Positions 1 through 8,776 of a stretch of 64,000 nt of DNA are shown here, piece by piece (the first letter of the stretch is position 1; every line of letters begins with the position of its first letter). The stretch is taken from the IMG/VR virus record IMGVR_UViG_3300031994_004484; one strand, given 5' to 3'. This stretch comes from a virus. Lineage: Duplodnaviria; Caudoviricetes. The notes under the pieces are model-generated. The model was given only the letters and a program-made list of their open reading frames with translations. It searched no databases and was not told the DNA's origin. The position numbers were made by a program, and so were the translations under genes.

Positions 1-2
1 GT

Positions 3-209
3 CCAAAAGCCGTACGCAGCGCCACAGCAGCCGTTCTCGACAACGTCAGGGAGAATCGCGGTATATCCGACTACAGGATTGAAATCGACGACAGCCCGAC
101 AATGAGAGACCAAATGGGACTTGGAGTGACGTATTGGATCCGCAGGAATCCCATGCTCGAATGGATAAGCTTCACTTCGATCCTATCAGGTCAGGGGATG
201 CAATGGTAA
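3..209 (+). CDS. Tail sheath protein, C-terminal end (5' truncated by window)
   Basis: My translation of frame 3: PKAVRSATAAVLDNVRENRGISDYRIEIDDSPTMRDQMGLGVTYWIRRNPMLEWISFTSILSGQGMQW*. It resembles the gp18-like sheath C-terminus (LDNV..NRGI.DYR.....EWI.F) and lies upstream of the tail tube gene. Confidence 0.8.
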   Translation, partial: PKAVRSATAAVLDNVRENRGISDYRIEIDDSPTMRDQMGLGVTYWIRRNPMLEWISFTSILSGQGMQW

Positions 210-237
210 GATAATCAATAAGTTACATCATATATTT

Positions 238-274
238 AAAGGAAAGGGTTACAAAGAATCCTTCCCTTTTTTTT
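238..274 (+). terminator. Intrinsic terminator after sheath gene
   Basis: AAAGGAAAGGGTT-acaaag-AATCCTTCCCTTT stem (one mismatch) followed by a T tract. Confidence 0.65.
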
Positions 275-280
275 ATTTTG

Positions 281-314
281 TTTGTTTTAAAATTCCTTTT
301 GTAGTATATTTATA
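281..314 (+). promoter_or_regulatory. Composite promoter: Bacteroidota-like -33/-7 plus TATTTATA motif
   Basis: TTTG (281-284), 20 nt spacer, TATATTTA (305-312) overlapping TATTTATA (307-314); upstream of ATG 337. Confidence 0.55.
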
Positions 315-336
315 TTAAAAGGATATACAAAGGAAA

Positions 337-468
337 ATGGAATATTTATATTTTTTAGAAAAGGCTGTAAAGAAACACGGGAAAAAGTATATATACCCAC
401 ATTTTGATAAGACCGAAGAAAAGGAAAAGGTTAGGATAATATGCCCGGAACACGGTGAGTTTTCTTAA
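337..468 (+). pseudogene. Truncated Zn-ribbon repeat (DUF723/Hef-like) gene, N-terminal 43 aa
   Basis: Not in the ORF track. MEYLYFLEKAVKKHGKKYIYPHFDKTEEKEKVRIICPEHGEFS* is one partial repeat paralogous to 431..1360. Confidence 0.8.
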
Positions 469-1360
469 AACGTTCAATCACTTCATCTTGAGTGAGTTTT
501 TTCGGTTTCTTTTGTTTATTGTCTGTTTTAATATTTTCTTTTTTTATCTTTTTCCCCTCAATTGGATGATTTTTATTTTCCTTTTTCTTTTTCAAAAGTT
601 CTTTTGTACATTTAGGACAACCATGACCATGTAGATGATTTAACGGGGTTTGTTTAAAGTCACCGTGCTTTGGGCATATTATTATAACCGGAGTATTATT
701 ATTGACATATTCGACCTTTGAATAATTATATTTGTCACCATGCACGGTTTTAGCTTCTATGACAAAATCATCTGTGTTTTTCTTTTTCCTACCACCGCAT
801 ATAGGGCATCCCTGCCCTTTGAGATGTTTTGTGGCACTTTGAAGGAATTCTCCGTGTTCGGGACAGATTATTCTCCATTTGTCGTTCATTTTTTTTCTCT
901 CACACTTGGAATAATCATACCTGTCACCATGCACAAGACGGAATTTCTCAATTATTTCCCCCAATGAAAAATTCTGTCCGGCACATTTTGGGCATCCTTG
1001 TTTTTGGTTAACATGGTTGTTTATTGTCATCCAAAACTCCCCATGTTCAGGACATATTATACAGACAGGTTTGTTTGAATTTTCTATTTTGGCTTTTGAA
1101 TAATCATATTTTCCTTTATGGATTTTGTTTGCGCGTTCAACCCATTCTTCAGAATGAATACCCCTCCCTCTTTTTTTGTTCGCACACGAAGGACATTCGG
1201 AACCGCGTAAATGTGACGACGGTGTTTGCCAAAATTCGCCGTGTTCAGGACATATGACACATACCTTTGTTTTTGAATCGATATATTCCACTTTGGAATA
1301 TATGTATTTTTCACCATGCCTTTTTTTCGCCTTTTCTATAAAAGTTTCTTTATCGTACAT
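431..1360 (-). pseudogene. DUF723-like Zn-ribbon repeat protein (homing-endonuclease type), C-terminally truncated
   Basis: Four repeats of F..A...HG.KY.YSK.......V.IICP.HG.F.Q....HL.G.GCP.C. A fifth repeat (VIERFKKTH) breaks off into RVPGILS*. No nuclease domain is visible. Confidence 0.8.
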
Positions 1361-1376
1361 ATTTATTTTTTGAGAC

Positions 1377-1405
1377 TATTTATTGTCAACAAAATAAATA
1401 TACTA
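1377..1405. promoter_or_regulatory. Divergent promoter region
   Basis: TATTTAT (+, 1377-1383) before the tail tube gene; TAGTATATTTAT (-, 1394-1405) before the minus-strand repeat gene. Confidence 0.55.
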
Positions 1406-1418
1406 TTTTTTAGAATAT

Positions 1419-1907
1419 ATGTCTGATTTATTATTGAGAATGCCGATTGAATATGAACCGTTACGTAAGAACAGGTTCTTGTTCCGTTTCCCGAGCGACC
1501 TCGGAATCCAGGAATGGTGGGTAAGCAACGCCGCCAGACCATCAATAAAGATTGGCAGTACTGAAATACAATTTCTTAACACCTCCACTTATGTTGCCGG
1601 TCGTTACACTTGGGATTCTATAAACATAACCTTGAGAGACCCTATTGGTCCGAGCGCTTCCCAAGCTGTTATGGAATGGGTCAGGTTGCATGCTGAATCC
1701 GCTACCGGCCGTATGGGTTATGCTGTGGCATACAAGCGCGACATTATTATAGAGATGTTAGACCCAACGGGCACTGCAATCTCACAATGGATATTGAAGA
1801 ACTGTCAGATAACGGATGTGAAATTCGGTGATTTGGCGTACGACAGCGATGACCTGTCCACCATTGAAATCACTGTGCAACCGTATTATTGTATCTTGTC
1901 GTTCTAA
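1419..1907 (+). CDS. Tail tube protein (T4 gp19-like)
   Basis: EPLRKNRF.F, RPSI, YVAGRYTW..I.ITLRDPI.PS..QAVMEW, YKRD..IEMLDP.G...W.L; follows the sheath gene. Confidence 0.9.
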   Translation: MSDLLLRMPIEYEPLRKNRFLFRFPSDLGIQEWWVSNAARPSIKIGSTEIQFLNTSTYVAGRYTWDSINITLRDPIGPSASQAVMEWVRLHAESATGRMGYAVAYKRDIIIEMLDPTGTAISQWILKNCQITDVKFGDLAYDSDDLSTIEITVQPYYCILSF

Positions 1908-1935
1908 TTCGGTATGCGTTGTAAACGGTATAAAC

Positions 1936-1960
1936 AAGCACCTCGATGAAGGTGCTTTTT
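1936..1960 (+). terminator. Intrinsic terminator
   Basis: AAGCACCT-cgatga-AGGTGCTT plus T tract. Confidence 0.75.
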
Positions 1961-2004
1961 GTGTTGTCCAAACAAGAATATTTATTTTTTAAAAGTGTTT
2001 TATT

Positions 2005-2409
2005 ATGGCAATGACATTCAAGATAAACAAAGGGGCGACAATGCCATACCTAAGGATGGAGTTGGTGAACGACGGAAGGAGCGACTACCACAAGGCTTAT
2101 TTGGCTTTGCAGGCCGCAGACGGCGTTACGTTTTCAATGTGGGACAAGGAGACGGGGATATACAAGATAGCCAACGCTCCGGCCGATATCGTATATGATG
2201 AGTACAGTGGATGTGAGGAGCGGTATATCATACAGTACAGATGGAAGAAGAGGGACACCAACGAATCCGGAAGGTATGTCGGTCAGTTCAAGATAGTATT
2301 CTCGGACAACATTGTGATGGAGGGTGTCACATTCCCTTCGGGGGATTTGATTATGCCGATAGAGGAGACACTTTACATAGATATTGCTGACAGTGGATTG
2401 AAAAAGTAA
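2005..2409 (+). CDS. Putative virion protein (BppU-like beta-sandwich)
   Basis: F.I.KG.T.P.L..EL, VTFSM, IQY.W...DT..SG.Y.GQF.I.F, L..P..E.LYI.I pattern. Confidence 0.5.
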   Translation: MAMTFKINKGATMPYLRMELVNDGRSDYHKAYLALQAADGVTFSMWDKETGIYKIANAPADIVYDEYSGCEERYIIQYRWKKRDTNESGRYVGQFKIVFSDNIVMEGVTFPSGDLIMPIEETLYIDIADSGLKK

Positions 2410-2439
2410 GGATATTTATATATAAATAAAAAAAACAAA

Positions 2440-3180
2440 ATGAAACAGACAATACATCTTAACGAACGGCAATTAAAAGGTATTATAAAAAGAGCCGTTA
2501 ACGAAGCTTTGGGTAATGAATACCAGACTGAAAAAGAGAGAATTTACGACAAACAGAAGGAGCACTCAATAAAGGAATACATAAGTGGAAAACTTGATGA
2601 TTTAATGCATGGTTTATCTGTTATGTTTGGTAAGGATTTTTCCGATGAAGACTACATGAACATTGTTGACGGTTTATCAAAACAGATTGTTCGTCAGATA
2701 TCTGATACGGGTAGTGCAGACCCCGGTTTAGTTGCCAAAAGGGATAATTTAATAAAGAAATATGGTAAAGGTGTTCACAGGAGACAATTTGGTGTATATC
2801 GTGAACCGGATGAGGTAAGGCCGGATACGCCTGAAGAAATTGAAAGGAATGTAGAGAATAAGAAGAGAATGATGGAACGTCGTATTTCGGTTATCTATGA
2901 TAAAATGAAACAACATGGACTTCGTGATTTCGACAAATATGAGGAAATGATTCCACAATATGAAGGAAAACCAAATGCGAGAAAATCGATTGATGGTTAT
3001 GAAGGTCATCATGGGGGTGAGGGTTCATTCATATTCACAAATAGCAATGGGGAACCGTTCTTCTTTTATGATTATGCCACAACTGATGAAGGCTGGTTAC
3101 AAAACCTTTTGGCAAATGATGAATTATTTAAATATTTCCCTAAAAATCGGGAAGAATTGAATAGATTGATAAAGAAATAA
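2440..3180 (+). CDS. Hypothetical protein with N-terminal 'I.LNE.QL..II...V.E.L' leader
   Basis: 246 aa ORF with TATTTATA upstream; N-terminus shared with 3264..3557. Confidence 0.75.
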   Translation: MKQTIHLNERQLKGIIKRAVNEALGNEYQTEKERIYDKQKEHSIKEYISGKLDDLMHGLSVMFGKDFSDEDYMNIVDGLSKQIVRQISDTGSADPGLVAKRDNLIKKYGKGVHRRQFGVYREPDEVRPDTPEEIERNVENKKRMMERRISVIYDKMKQHGLRDFDKYEEMIPQYEGKPNARKSIDGYEGHHGGEGSFIFTNSNGEPFFFYDYATTDEGWLQNLLANDELFKYFPKNREELNRLIKK

Positions 3181-3198
3181 TAAAAGTAGAAAAAAAAT

Positions 3199-3227
3199 AA
3201 AGCCTGTTGATTATAACAGGCTTTTTT
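3199..3227. terminator. Bidirectional terminator between convergent genes
   Basis: AAAGCCTGTT/AACAGGCTTT stem with A tract before and T tract after. Confidence 0.75.
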
Positions 3228-3263
3228 ATTCTTCTTTATTCTCTTTTATTCTTCTTTACTTTC

Positions 3264-3557
3264 CTAAAATCTCATATAATCACATAAGCGTTCCCTTCCC
3301 CGTTCTGTCTCAACATATGCTACACCGTCATCATCAAACTCTATTTCCATCCAATCGGTTGGGGTTCCGCCATAGAACCTAAAACGGGCCGAATCGCCGG
3401 AATCATTAATTTCAACCTCATGACCACCCAAATTTGACACGGTTCTATATCCGGTTGGATTGAAACCATCAGATTCATTAACAATATGCATAACTGTATC
3501 CATTACAAGCCGTTTAAGTTGACTCTCGTTTAACCTAATAACGTTTTTTTTGTTCAT
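3264..3557 (-). CDS. Hypothetical protein with 'IRLNESQLKRLV...V..IVNE' leader
   Basis: 97 aa; last gene of a three-gene minus-strand run. Confidence 0.75.
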   Translation of the reverse strand: MNKKNVIRLNESQLKRLVMDTVMHIVNESDGFNPTGYRTVSNLGGHEVEINDSGDSARFRFYGGTPTDWMEIEFDDDGVAYVETERGRERLCDYMRF

Positions 3558-3589
3558 TTCTATACCTTTTTATTTCTTATTTCGTTAAA

Positions 3590-3961
3590 CTATCTCATCT
3601 GTTGGGTTTCGACGGTTTTGTCTATGATGTTATAGACTTTTTTAAGCATGTCATATTGTGGTGATTCAGGGTGTTTGGCAAGTTTCCTCAAACCGTCGAG
3701 AACGGAAACCCTTATATTGGATATCATATCCTGAATTTCAGGGTCGTTATAAGCAGCTTGTTTCTGTTGGGGTTCATTGTCATCCATCGGTTCGAATGAA
3801 TCAGGGGCGGCGTCATATCCCGGATTATCAATTTCATCAGGGTCAACCATTGATTGGTCGTTGAAGACCATTTCCATGATGGTGTGTTTCTTTGTTTTAT
3901 TCTCAACGGGTTTCTTCATGCCGTAGAGGTCTTGTTTTATTTCGTTCAATATTTGTGACAT
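3590..3961 (-). CDS. Hypothetical protein
   Basis: 123 aa with acidic central linker; in the minus-strand run. Confidence 0.7.
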   Translation of the reverse strand: MSQILNEIKQDLYGMKKPVENKTKKHTIMEMVFNDQSMVDPDEIDNPGYDAAPDSFEPMDDNEPQQKQAAYNDPEIQDMISNIRVSVLDGLRKLAKHPESPQYDMLKKVYNIIDKTVETQQMR

Positions 3962-3991
3962 ATTATTGTGGTATTTTAATCTTTGTTATTT

Positions 3992-4291
3992 TTAGAATGT
4001 GAAATCCTGTGGCAAGTCTGTCGGAAAATCGGGGGCTGTGTCATTAATACCGGCAGCATAATTAAGGAGGTCCGAACGGTATTTTATTAATTTAGGCAAC
4101 ATTTCAACATTGGCTTTCAGTGCATTGATTTTATCCTCGTCAACGGCATAACCGAAATATGTTTCGTATTCAAACGAGCTGCTCATAAGGCCCATGATAT
4201 TCTCATTGCTTCTTATCTGTTTCTCAACAAGTGATATCATTTTTTCAACAATATCAAGGTTGTATTTAATTTGATCTGCGTCTTGTATCAT
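3992..4291 (-). CDS. Hypothetical protein
   Basis: 99 aa; TATTTATA on the minus strand at 4313-4320, just upstream. Confidence 0.7.
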   Translation of the reverse strand: MIQDADQIKYNLDIVEKMISLVEKQIRSNENIMGLMSSSFEYETYFGYAVDEDKINALKANVEMLPKLIKYRSDLLNYAAGINDTAPDFPTDLPQDFTF

Positions 4292-4364
4292 ATTTTATAG
4301 ATGCTTTTTCAATATAAATATCGTTAACTTTGCATTTTGTCTTGAATTCTATTATATTTTCTTT

Positions 4365-4985
4365 ATGAAACAACCTGTAAGAAATAAGAAAGGGGTAAAA
4401 AAGAAGGTTAGTACCACCGGAAGTGAAAAGGAGGTGATGAAATACGGTGTTTCCAAATTGGAGATGTATTTCGCACATAATTTTCTTGGCAAGTTGGGTG
4501 TTGATTACATCTATGAATATGAGGCAAAGGATATAGGTCGTTTCTATGATTTCGCTGTTATTGCAACGATACCGAAAACAGAGTTGATAATGGAGGAAAA
4601 GAATGGCATAAAAGCAGTGTCGCAGCACAGGAATTCATACAGGATAAAGTTCCTATGCGAGATTGACGGCGGGTTTTGGCACGGGGACCCGAGGGTTGTG
4701 GATAAAAGGAGAGTTACGAATATGCAGAGAAGAAATCATTTGATAGACAAGATGAAAGACGAATGGTGTGAGAGACATCATATGGTATTGATAAGGATAT
4801 GGGAATACGACATAAAGAACAATGCAAATAGGGTTATGGAAGGTTTGAAGAAAATGCTTAAAAAATTGGACAGTGGTGAGAGCGTGAGATATGGGATGCA
4901 TAGAATTGGTAACAATGAGGATAGGAAAAAGACGAATAAAAAAAGCGATGTTGTTATAAAAAAGAAAAAGCGCTATATTTTATAG
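4365..4985 (+). CDS. Vsr/DUF559-like PD-(D/E)XK endonuclease
   Basis: SKLE..F, YDF, EIDGGFWHG, D..KD.W....LIRIWE.DI motifs. Confidence 0.8.
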   Translation: MKQPVRNKKGVKKKVSTTGSEKEVMKYGVSKLEMYFAHNFLGKLGVDYIYEYEAKDIGRFYDFAVIATIPKTELIMEEKNGIKAVSQHRNSYRIKFLCEIDGGFWHGDPRVVDKRRVTNMQRRNHLIDKMKDEWCERHHMVLIRIWEYDIKNNANRVMEGLKKMLKKLDSGESVRYGMHRIGNNEDRKKTNKKSDVVIKKKKRYIL

Positions 4986-5002
4986 GAAAAGCAATTTTCA
5001 AA

Positions 5003-5248
5003 ATGGAACATACACCGAAATTCAAAGTTGGACAGAAGGTATGGTTTGTCACATACGACAGCAAATTCGAAAGCGGTAAGATAACGGGAATAGCGCCTGT
5101 TAGTTACAATTTCCTTTACAACATAAAAACAAAGACTGATGCGAACGGTTTGAACATACAGTTGAACGTTTGGGAAAACGACGTATTGTGTGACATAAGG
5201 GACAACGTAAACGAGGTGATGAAAATATTGGAAGAGAAAAAGGAATAG
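5003..5248 (+). CDS. Hypothetical protein (small, KOW/SH3-like start)
   Basis: KFKVGQKVW N-terminus; in operon. Confidence 0.65.
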   Translation: MEHTPKFKVGQKVWFVTYDSKFESGKITGIAPVSYNFLYNIKTKTDANGLNIQLNVWENDVLCDIRDNVNEVMKILEEKKE

Positions 5249-5253
5249 ATAAA

Positions 5254-5862
5254 ATGAACCATATAGGTAGAAAGGATTCAACGGTGACCGTCATGGTTCC
5301 GTACAGTAATGGTGACGCTGTCAACGGCTTCAAATACAGCGGCGGCGACATAAGCGAGCAGCAGTACAGCCGCATGATTGTTGACACGTACAACAAGTAC
5401 AAGAACGGTGTATGGGACACCTATGTAGAGAGAATGGGCATGAATATGTCCATCAACAATTACGAGAAGGAGATTGTCCATTATGCGCAGCAGCAGTATT
5501 ATTACGACAGGACAAAGGTTGATTTGTTCAATGCGCAAGGACTTGAAATGACGATAGACGAGTTGATAAAGTATTATCAGTTCGGAAACCCGTTCATACT
5601 GATAGTTGACATGTACAGGCTCTCGGAAGACCCTGAGCTTGAGAGTGACATGAAGGTTTGGTTGAGGGAGTGTCACAGGATAAAGAACAACCCTTCGTTT
5701 TCGGATGCTGAAAGGATACAATATTCTTCGAAAAAGACAATGAAGATAACATTTGACGATGCAAAGTCCCAAGCTATTTTACAGAACTGCAAGATGATGG
5801 ACTACCATAACAAGCACAAGTTTGTTTTCATAGTGGAGAAAATAATTTTTACAACGGAATAG
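5254..5862 (+). CDS. Hypothetical protein
   Basis: 202 aa ORF, tightly packed with its neighbours. Confidence 0.75.
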   Translation: MNHIGRKDSTVTVMVPYSNGDAVNGFKYSGGDISEQQYSRMIVDTYNKYKNGVWDTYVERMGMNMSINNYEKEIVHYAQQQYYYDRTKVDLFNAQGLEMTIDELIKYYQFGNPFILIVDMYRLSEDPELESDMKVWLRECHRIKNNPSFSDAERIQYSSKKTMKITFDDAKSQAILQNCKMMDYHNKHKFVFIVEKIIFTTE

Positions 5863-5867
5863 CAAAT

Positions 5868-7019
5868 ATGTCTAAGATGAAAGAAACCGAATTAGCTGTT
5901 TTTCTTGAAAGATACAAGAGGAATTACCATTATTTGGATTGTAATGAAAAAATTGGCTTCAGAGAGAAGCTTGGTAATATATTCTCTGATTTGGATAAAA
6001 CCAACCCATACAGAAGCGTTTATGAGTACGGGGCGGGAAGCATTGTGGAGTCCAAGGTTGAGGAATTTGTTGACAAGTTCCTATTATGTGATGATAAATT
6101 AAAGGTCAAATATGCAAGAAACTGCGGTGTGACAAGCATGTTTGTTTCCATGATAAAATGGGCAGTCTTAAATGATTACCTGAAAGCGACAAAAGAAATA
6201 TGGTTTGTTTGCCCCGATGGAAAAAACCTTTCTGAGGTGAAAAATAAGATAACAAACGCTTTTTCAGGGGTTTATTACAATCTCCAAATGATGGTTAAAG
6301 GGGATGAGATAAGATTCAAGAACGGTTCGTCAGTTTTTCTCATAAACGCTTTGAAACCATATAGTTTTATAGGAAAGTCAAATCCTGAAATTGTTTTTAT
6401 TGACGGTTTTGCTGATATGGATAAAAGAAGCAAGCTTTTAGATCGCATCTATCCAATGTTTCCATGCAAAACCATTTATTCGGAAGTTCCGGAAAACGAC
6501 GAGAACAATACGCTTGACATAAATTATGACTTTTCTCTCTCTACCATGAATATACAATGGTTCCATGACCTTGACAGATGTTCAGGATTGAAACTTTCTA
6601 AGGAAATTTCGGGAACAAAGGCCGTTATAAAACCGGAAACGTTCGACGACATTATGGAAATTATAGGAAATGGAAGTTTTATTTACGAACTTCTTTATGA
6701 TGGGTGGATAATAGAAAGTGATGTTGTTCCGTCAAGGAAAAATAATGCTGAAAATATTGAGGAAGACAAGGATAAAAGTCTTTCCGAAATCGCTTTATGT
6801 GTTTCTGAATGTGTCGCCGACATATGTGAAAGAACAGGTGTTGATGAAACAAAGAAAATTTTGGATTTGTTCAATAATTGCACAACAGTAAAGGAAACAA
6901 TGTCGTTATACCATACATTAGAGGATTTGACAGTCAAGAAAGCCGACAAAGACGAGGAAGATTATGTGAAATCGGAAAATTATATAAATTTCTTAAAAGA
7001 TATTTTCGCTAAATTTTAA
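5868..7019 (+). CDS. Degenerate terminase large-subunit ATPase-like protein
   Basis: YARNCGVTS (Walker A-like), EIWFVCP, IRFKNGSSV, SFIG.SNPEIVFIDGF (Walker B DE replaced by DG). Confidence 0.55.
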   Translation: MSKMKETELAVFLERYKRNYHYLDCNEKIGFREKLGNIFSDLDKTNPYRSVYEYGAGSIVESKVEEFVDKFLLCDDKLKVKYARNCGVTSMFVSMIKWAVLNDYLKATKEIWFVCPDGKNLSEVKNKITNAFSGVYYNLQMMVKGDEIRFKNGSSVFLINALKPYSFIGKSNPEIVFIDGFADMDKRSKLLDRIYPMFPCKTIYSEVPENDENNTLDINYDFSLSTMNIQWFHDLDRCSGLKLSKEISGTKAVIKPETFDDIMEIIGNGSFIYELLYDGWIIESDVVPSRKNNAENIEEDKDKSLSEIALCVSECVADICERTGVDETKKILDLFNNCTTVKETMSLYHTLEDLTVKKADKDEEDYVKSENYINFLKDIFAKF

Positions 7020-7024
7020 TAAAC

Positions 7025-8563
7025 ATGTCAACACAGGAAGAAAAAGAGAAGCAACAGCGCGAGCTCGACAACGAGAAATACAAGCGCGACAAACAATTGG
7101 CAATATTGAAAGCCTCAAACCAAATGCTTGAGGAGGCTAAGGAAAGCATACGTGAGAAATGGAGTGACGACCCGATACAACTGAACAAACTCCTCAATGA
7201 CGTTGACAAGGCCAAATTGGAGAACTATCAAATAGGTGAGAAACATCTGAAAGCGGGTTCGGAAGAGATAAATGGAGCCAATTTCGGAAAAGTCAGCAAG
7301 GTATGGATTGACAAGTACAACAACCATCTCAGGACCATAGGCATGACCGACGAGCAAATGAGGAGAAAATCAATCGACGGTGAAGATGAAAACGCTGCGA
7401 AGGTTGTTGCAAGTTCGGATTCGAAGCAGAAAGACAAGAAAAAATGGTTTTCATTTTCCAAAAAGAAAGATGTGGATGAAAATATTTCCGCTGAGGATTT
7501 CAATACAAACAAAAGAACCGTGAAAGGTGACGGTTATGTCGAAACTGACGAAAAAATAGAGGAAAAAGAGGTGATTAAAGAAGAAAAGGTTGACGAAAGC
7601 AATGCCCTTATCGAAAAAAAGATAGGTATAGCGGGACGTACCGAAAACATCGAATACCCCGAATTTGACCCAAGCACCCTTAATCCTTTGACGAGGTTTG
7701 ACATAATAGAACTGCCTTCGAAAGGAGAGTGTTATGCAAGCAAAAAAGGTAGGATTCCCGTGAGGGAACTCACAGCCGCCGATGAGAATCTTATAGCCTC
7801 GCCGAACATGTACGCCAACGGCCAGTTGATAGAAACGATATTAAGGAGATGTATTCTTGACAAAAACTTCAGTGTTGAGGACATGTGTGCAGGGGACAGG
7901 GATGCTGTTGTCCTATGGCTGAGGGCTACCGCTTTCGGACCCGAATACAAGATTTCGGGTATAAATCCGACCAATGGCAAGAAATACGACGCAACAATAA
8001 ACCTTGGTGATTTCAAATACAAGGAATTCAACCTGAAAGGTGATGAAAACGGTTGTTTTGACTACACCTTTGAAAACGGTGATGTCGCAAAATTCAAAAT
8101 TCTTTCATTCAAGGAGAATCAGGAGGTTCAGGAAGAGATAGCCCTGCAATATATTGACAACAAAAAATACATTGTCCATCAGAGGATTAGTGAAATCAAG
8201 AGGCAGGTTGACGAGATATTCAAGCAGGAACTTGCGGATGAAACCTTGAACGATGCAATAGATTACATTGAGGAATGGTCGGATAAAATCGATGCCGAAG
8301 GGTTTGAAAACAACGCCTACGGTGAGTTTGTGACGAGAAGCATGGTGAAAAGGACTGTTTCCATAAACGGAAACACAGACAGGAAGTATATCGAGGAATA
8401 TGTAGGAAACATGAGGATGTCGGATGCGAAGAAATACAGGGAATATATGTTTGAAAATTCACCAGGTGTTGATTTCTCGTTCGAGGTTCAGATTCCCGAG
8501 TCAGACGGAGGTGGCTCAGTGTCTTCCTTTCTTGCCTACGACGACACTATTTTCCTTGAGTAA
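7025..8563 (+). CDS. Baseplate hub / tail assembly chaperone (T4 gp26-like C-terminal part) with long charged N-terminal extension
   Basis: IELPSKG..Y, LTAADENLI.SPN, GDRDAVVLWLR.TAFG..Y, PGVDF; just upstream of the tape measure gene. Confidence 0.75.
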   Translation: MSTQEEKEKQQRELDNEKYKRDKQLAILKASNQMLEEAKESIREKWSDDPIQLNKLLNDVDKAKLENYQIGEKHLKAGSEEINGANFGKVSKVWIDKYNNHLRTIGMTDEQMRRKSIDGEDENAAKVVASSDSKQKDKKKWFSFSKKKDVDENISAEDFNTNKRTVKGDGYVETDEKIEEKEVIKEEKVDESNALIEKKIGIAGRTENIEYPEFDPSTLNPLTRFDIIELPSKGECYASKKGRIPVRELTAADENLIASPNMYANGQLIETILRRCILDKNFSVEDMCAGDRDAVVLWLRATAFGPEYKISGINPTNGKKYDATINLGDFKYKEFNLKGDENGCFDYTFENGDVAKFKILSFKENQEVQEEIALQYIDNKKYIVHQRISEIKRQVDEIFKQELADETLNDAIDYIEEWSDKIDAEGFENNAYGEFVTRSMVKRTVSINGNTDRKYIEEYVGNMRMSDAKKYREYMFENSPGVDFSFEVQIPESDGGGSVSSFLAYDDTIFLE

Positions 8564-8564
8564 C

Positions 8565-8732
8565 GTGATAGAACCTGAAACCCTTAAAAGGGAGCTTTGG
8601 CTCTGCCACTCTTACATGAAGATAGGTATGGAGGATTTGTATCAGCTTCCAACCGCAGACAGGAGGGATTATATAAGGATACATAATTTGACAACGGAGA
8701 ATGAAAAAAGAAAAATGGGCGCGAAACATTGA
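8565..8732 (+). CDS. Small tail/baseplate assembly chaperone (gp51- or gpT-like); GTG start or frameshift extension
   Basis: VIEPETLKRELWLCHSYMKIGMEDLYQLPTADRRDYIRIH (W...MP...RR.Y type motif); sits between chaperone and tape measure. Confidence 0.65.
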   Translation: MIEPETLKRELWLCHSYMKIGMEDLYQLPTADRRDYIRIHNLTTENEKRKMGAKH

Positions 8733-8776
8733 TTTTGCGCCTTTTGCTATTTATAATTAACAAATTATGCATATTG

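Noticed and set aside
455-1405. Invertible segment or shufflon explanation for the junction at 455-463
   Set aside because: No second junction, inverted repeat or recombinase, and the minus-strand gene has its own start and promoter.
2413-2428. T4-type late promoter TATAAATA
   Set aside because: It is half of a palindrome with TATTTATA. Other genes carry TATTTAT, not TATAAATA, on the sense strand.
3226-3262. Short TTATTCTTCT-like tandem repeats
   Set aside because: Three to four degenerate low-complexity units beside a terminator; probably replication slippage.
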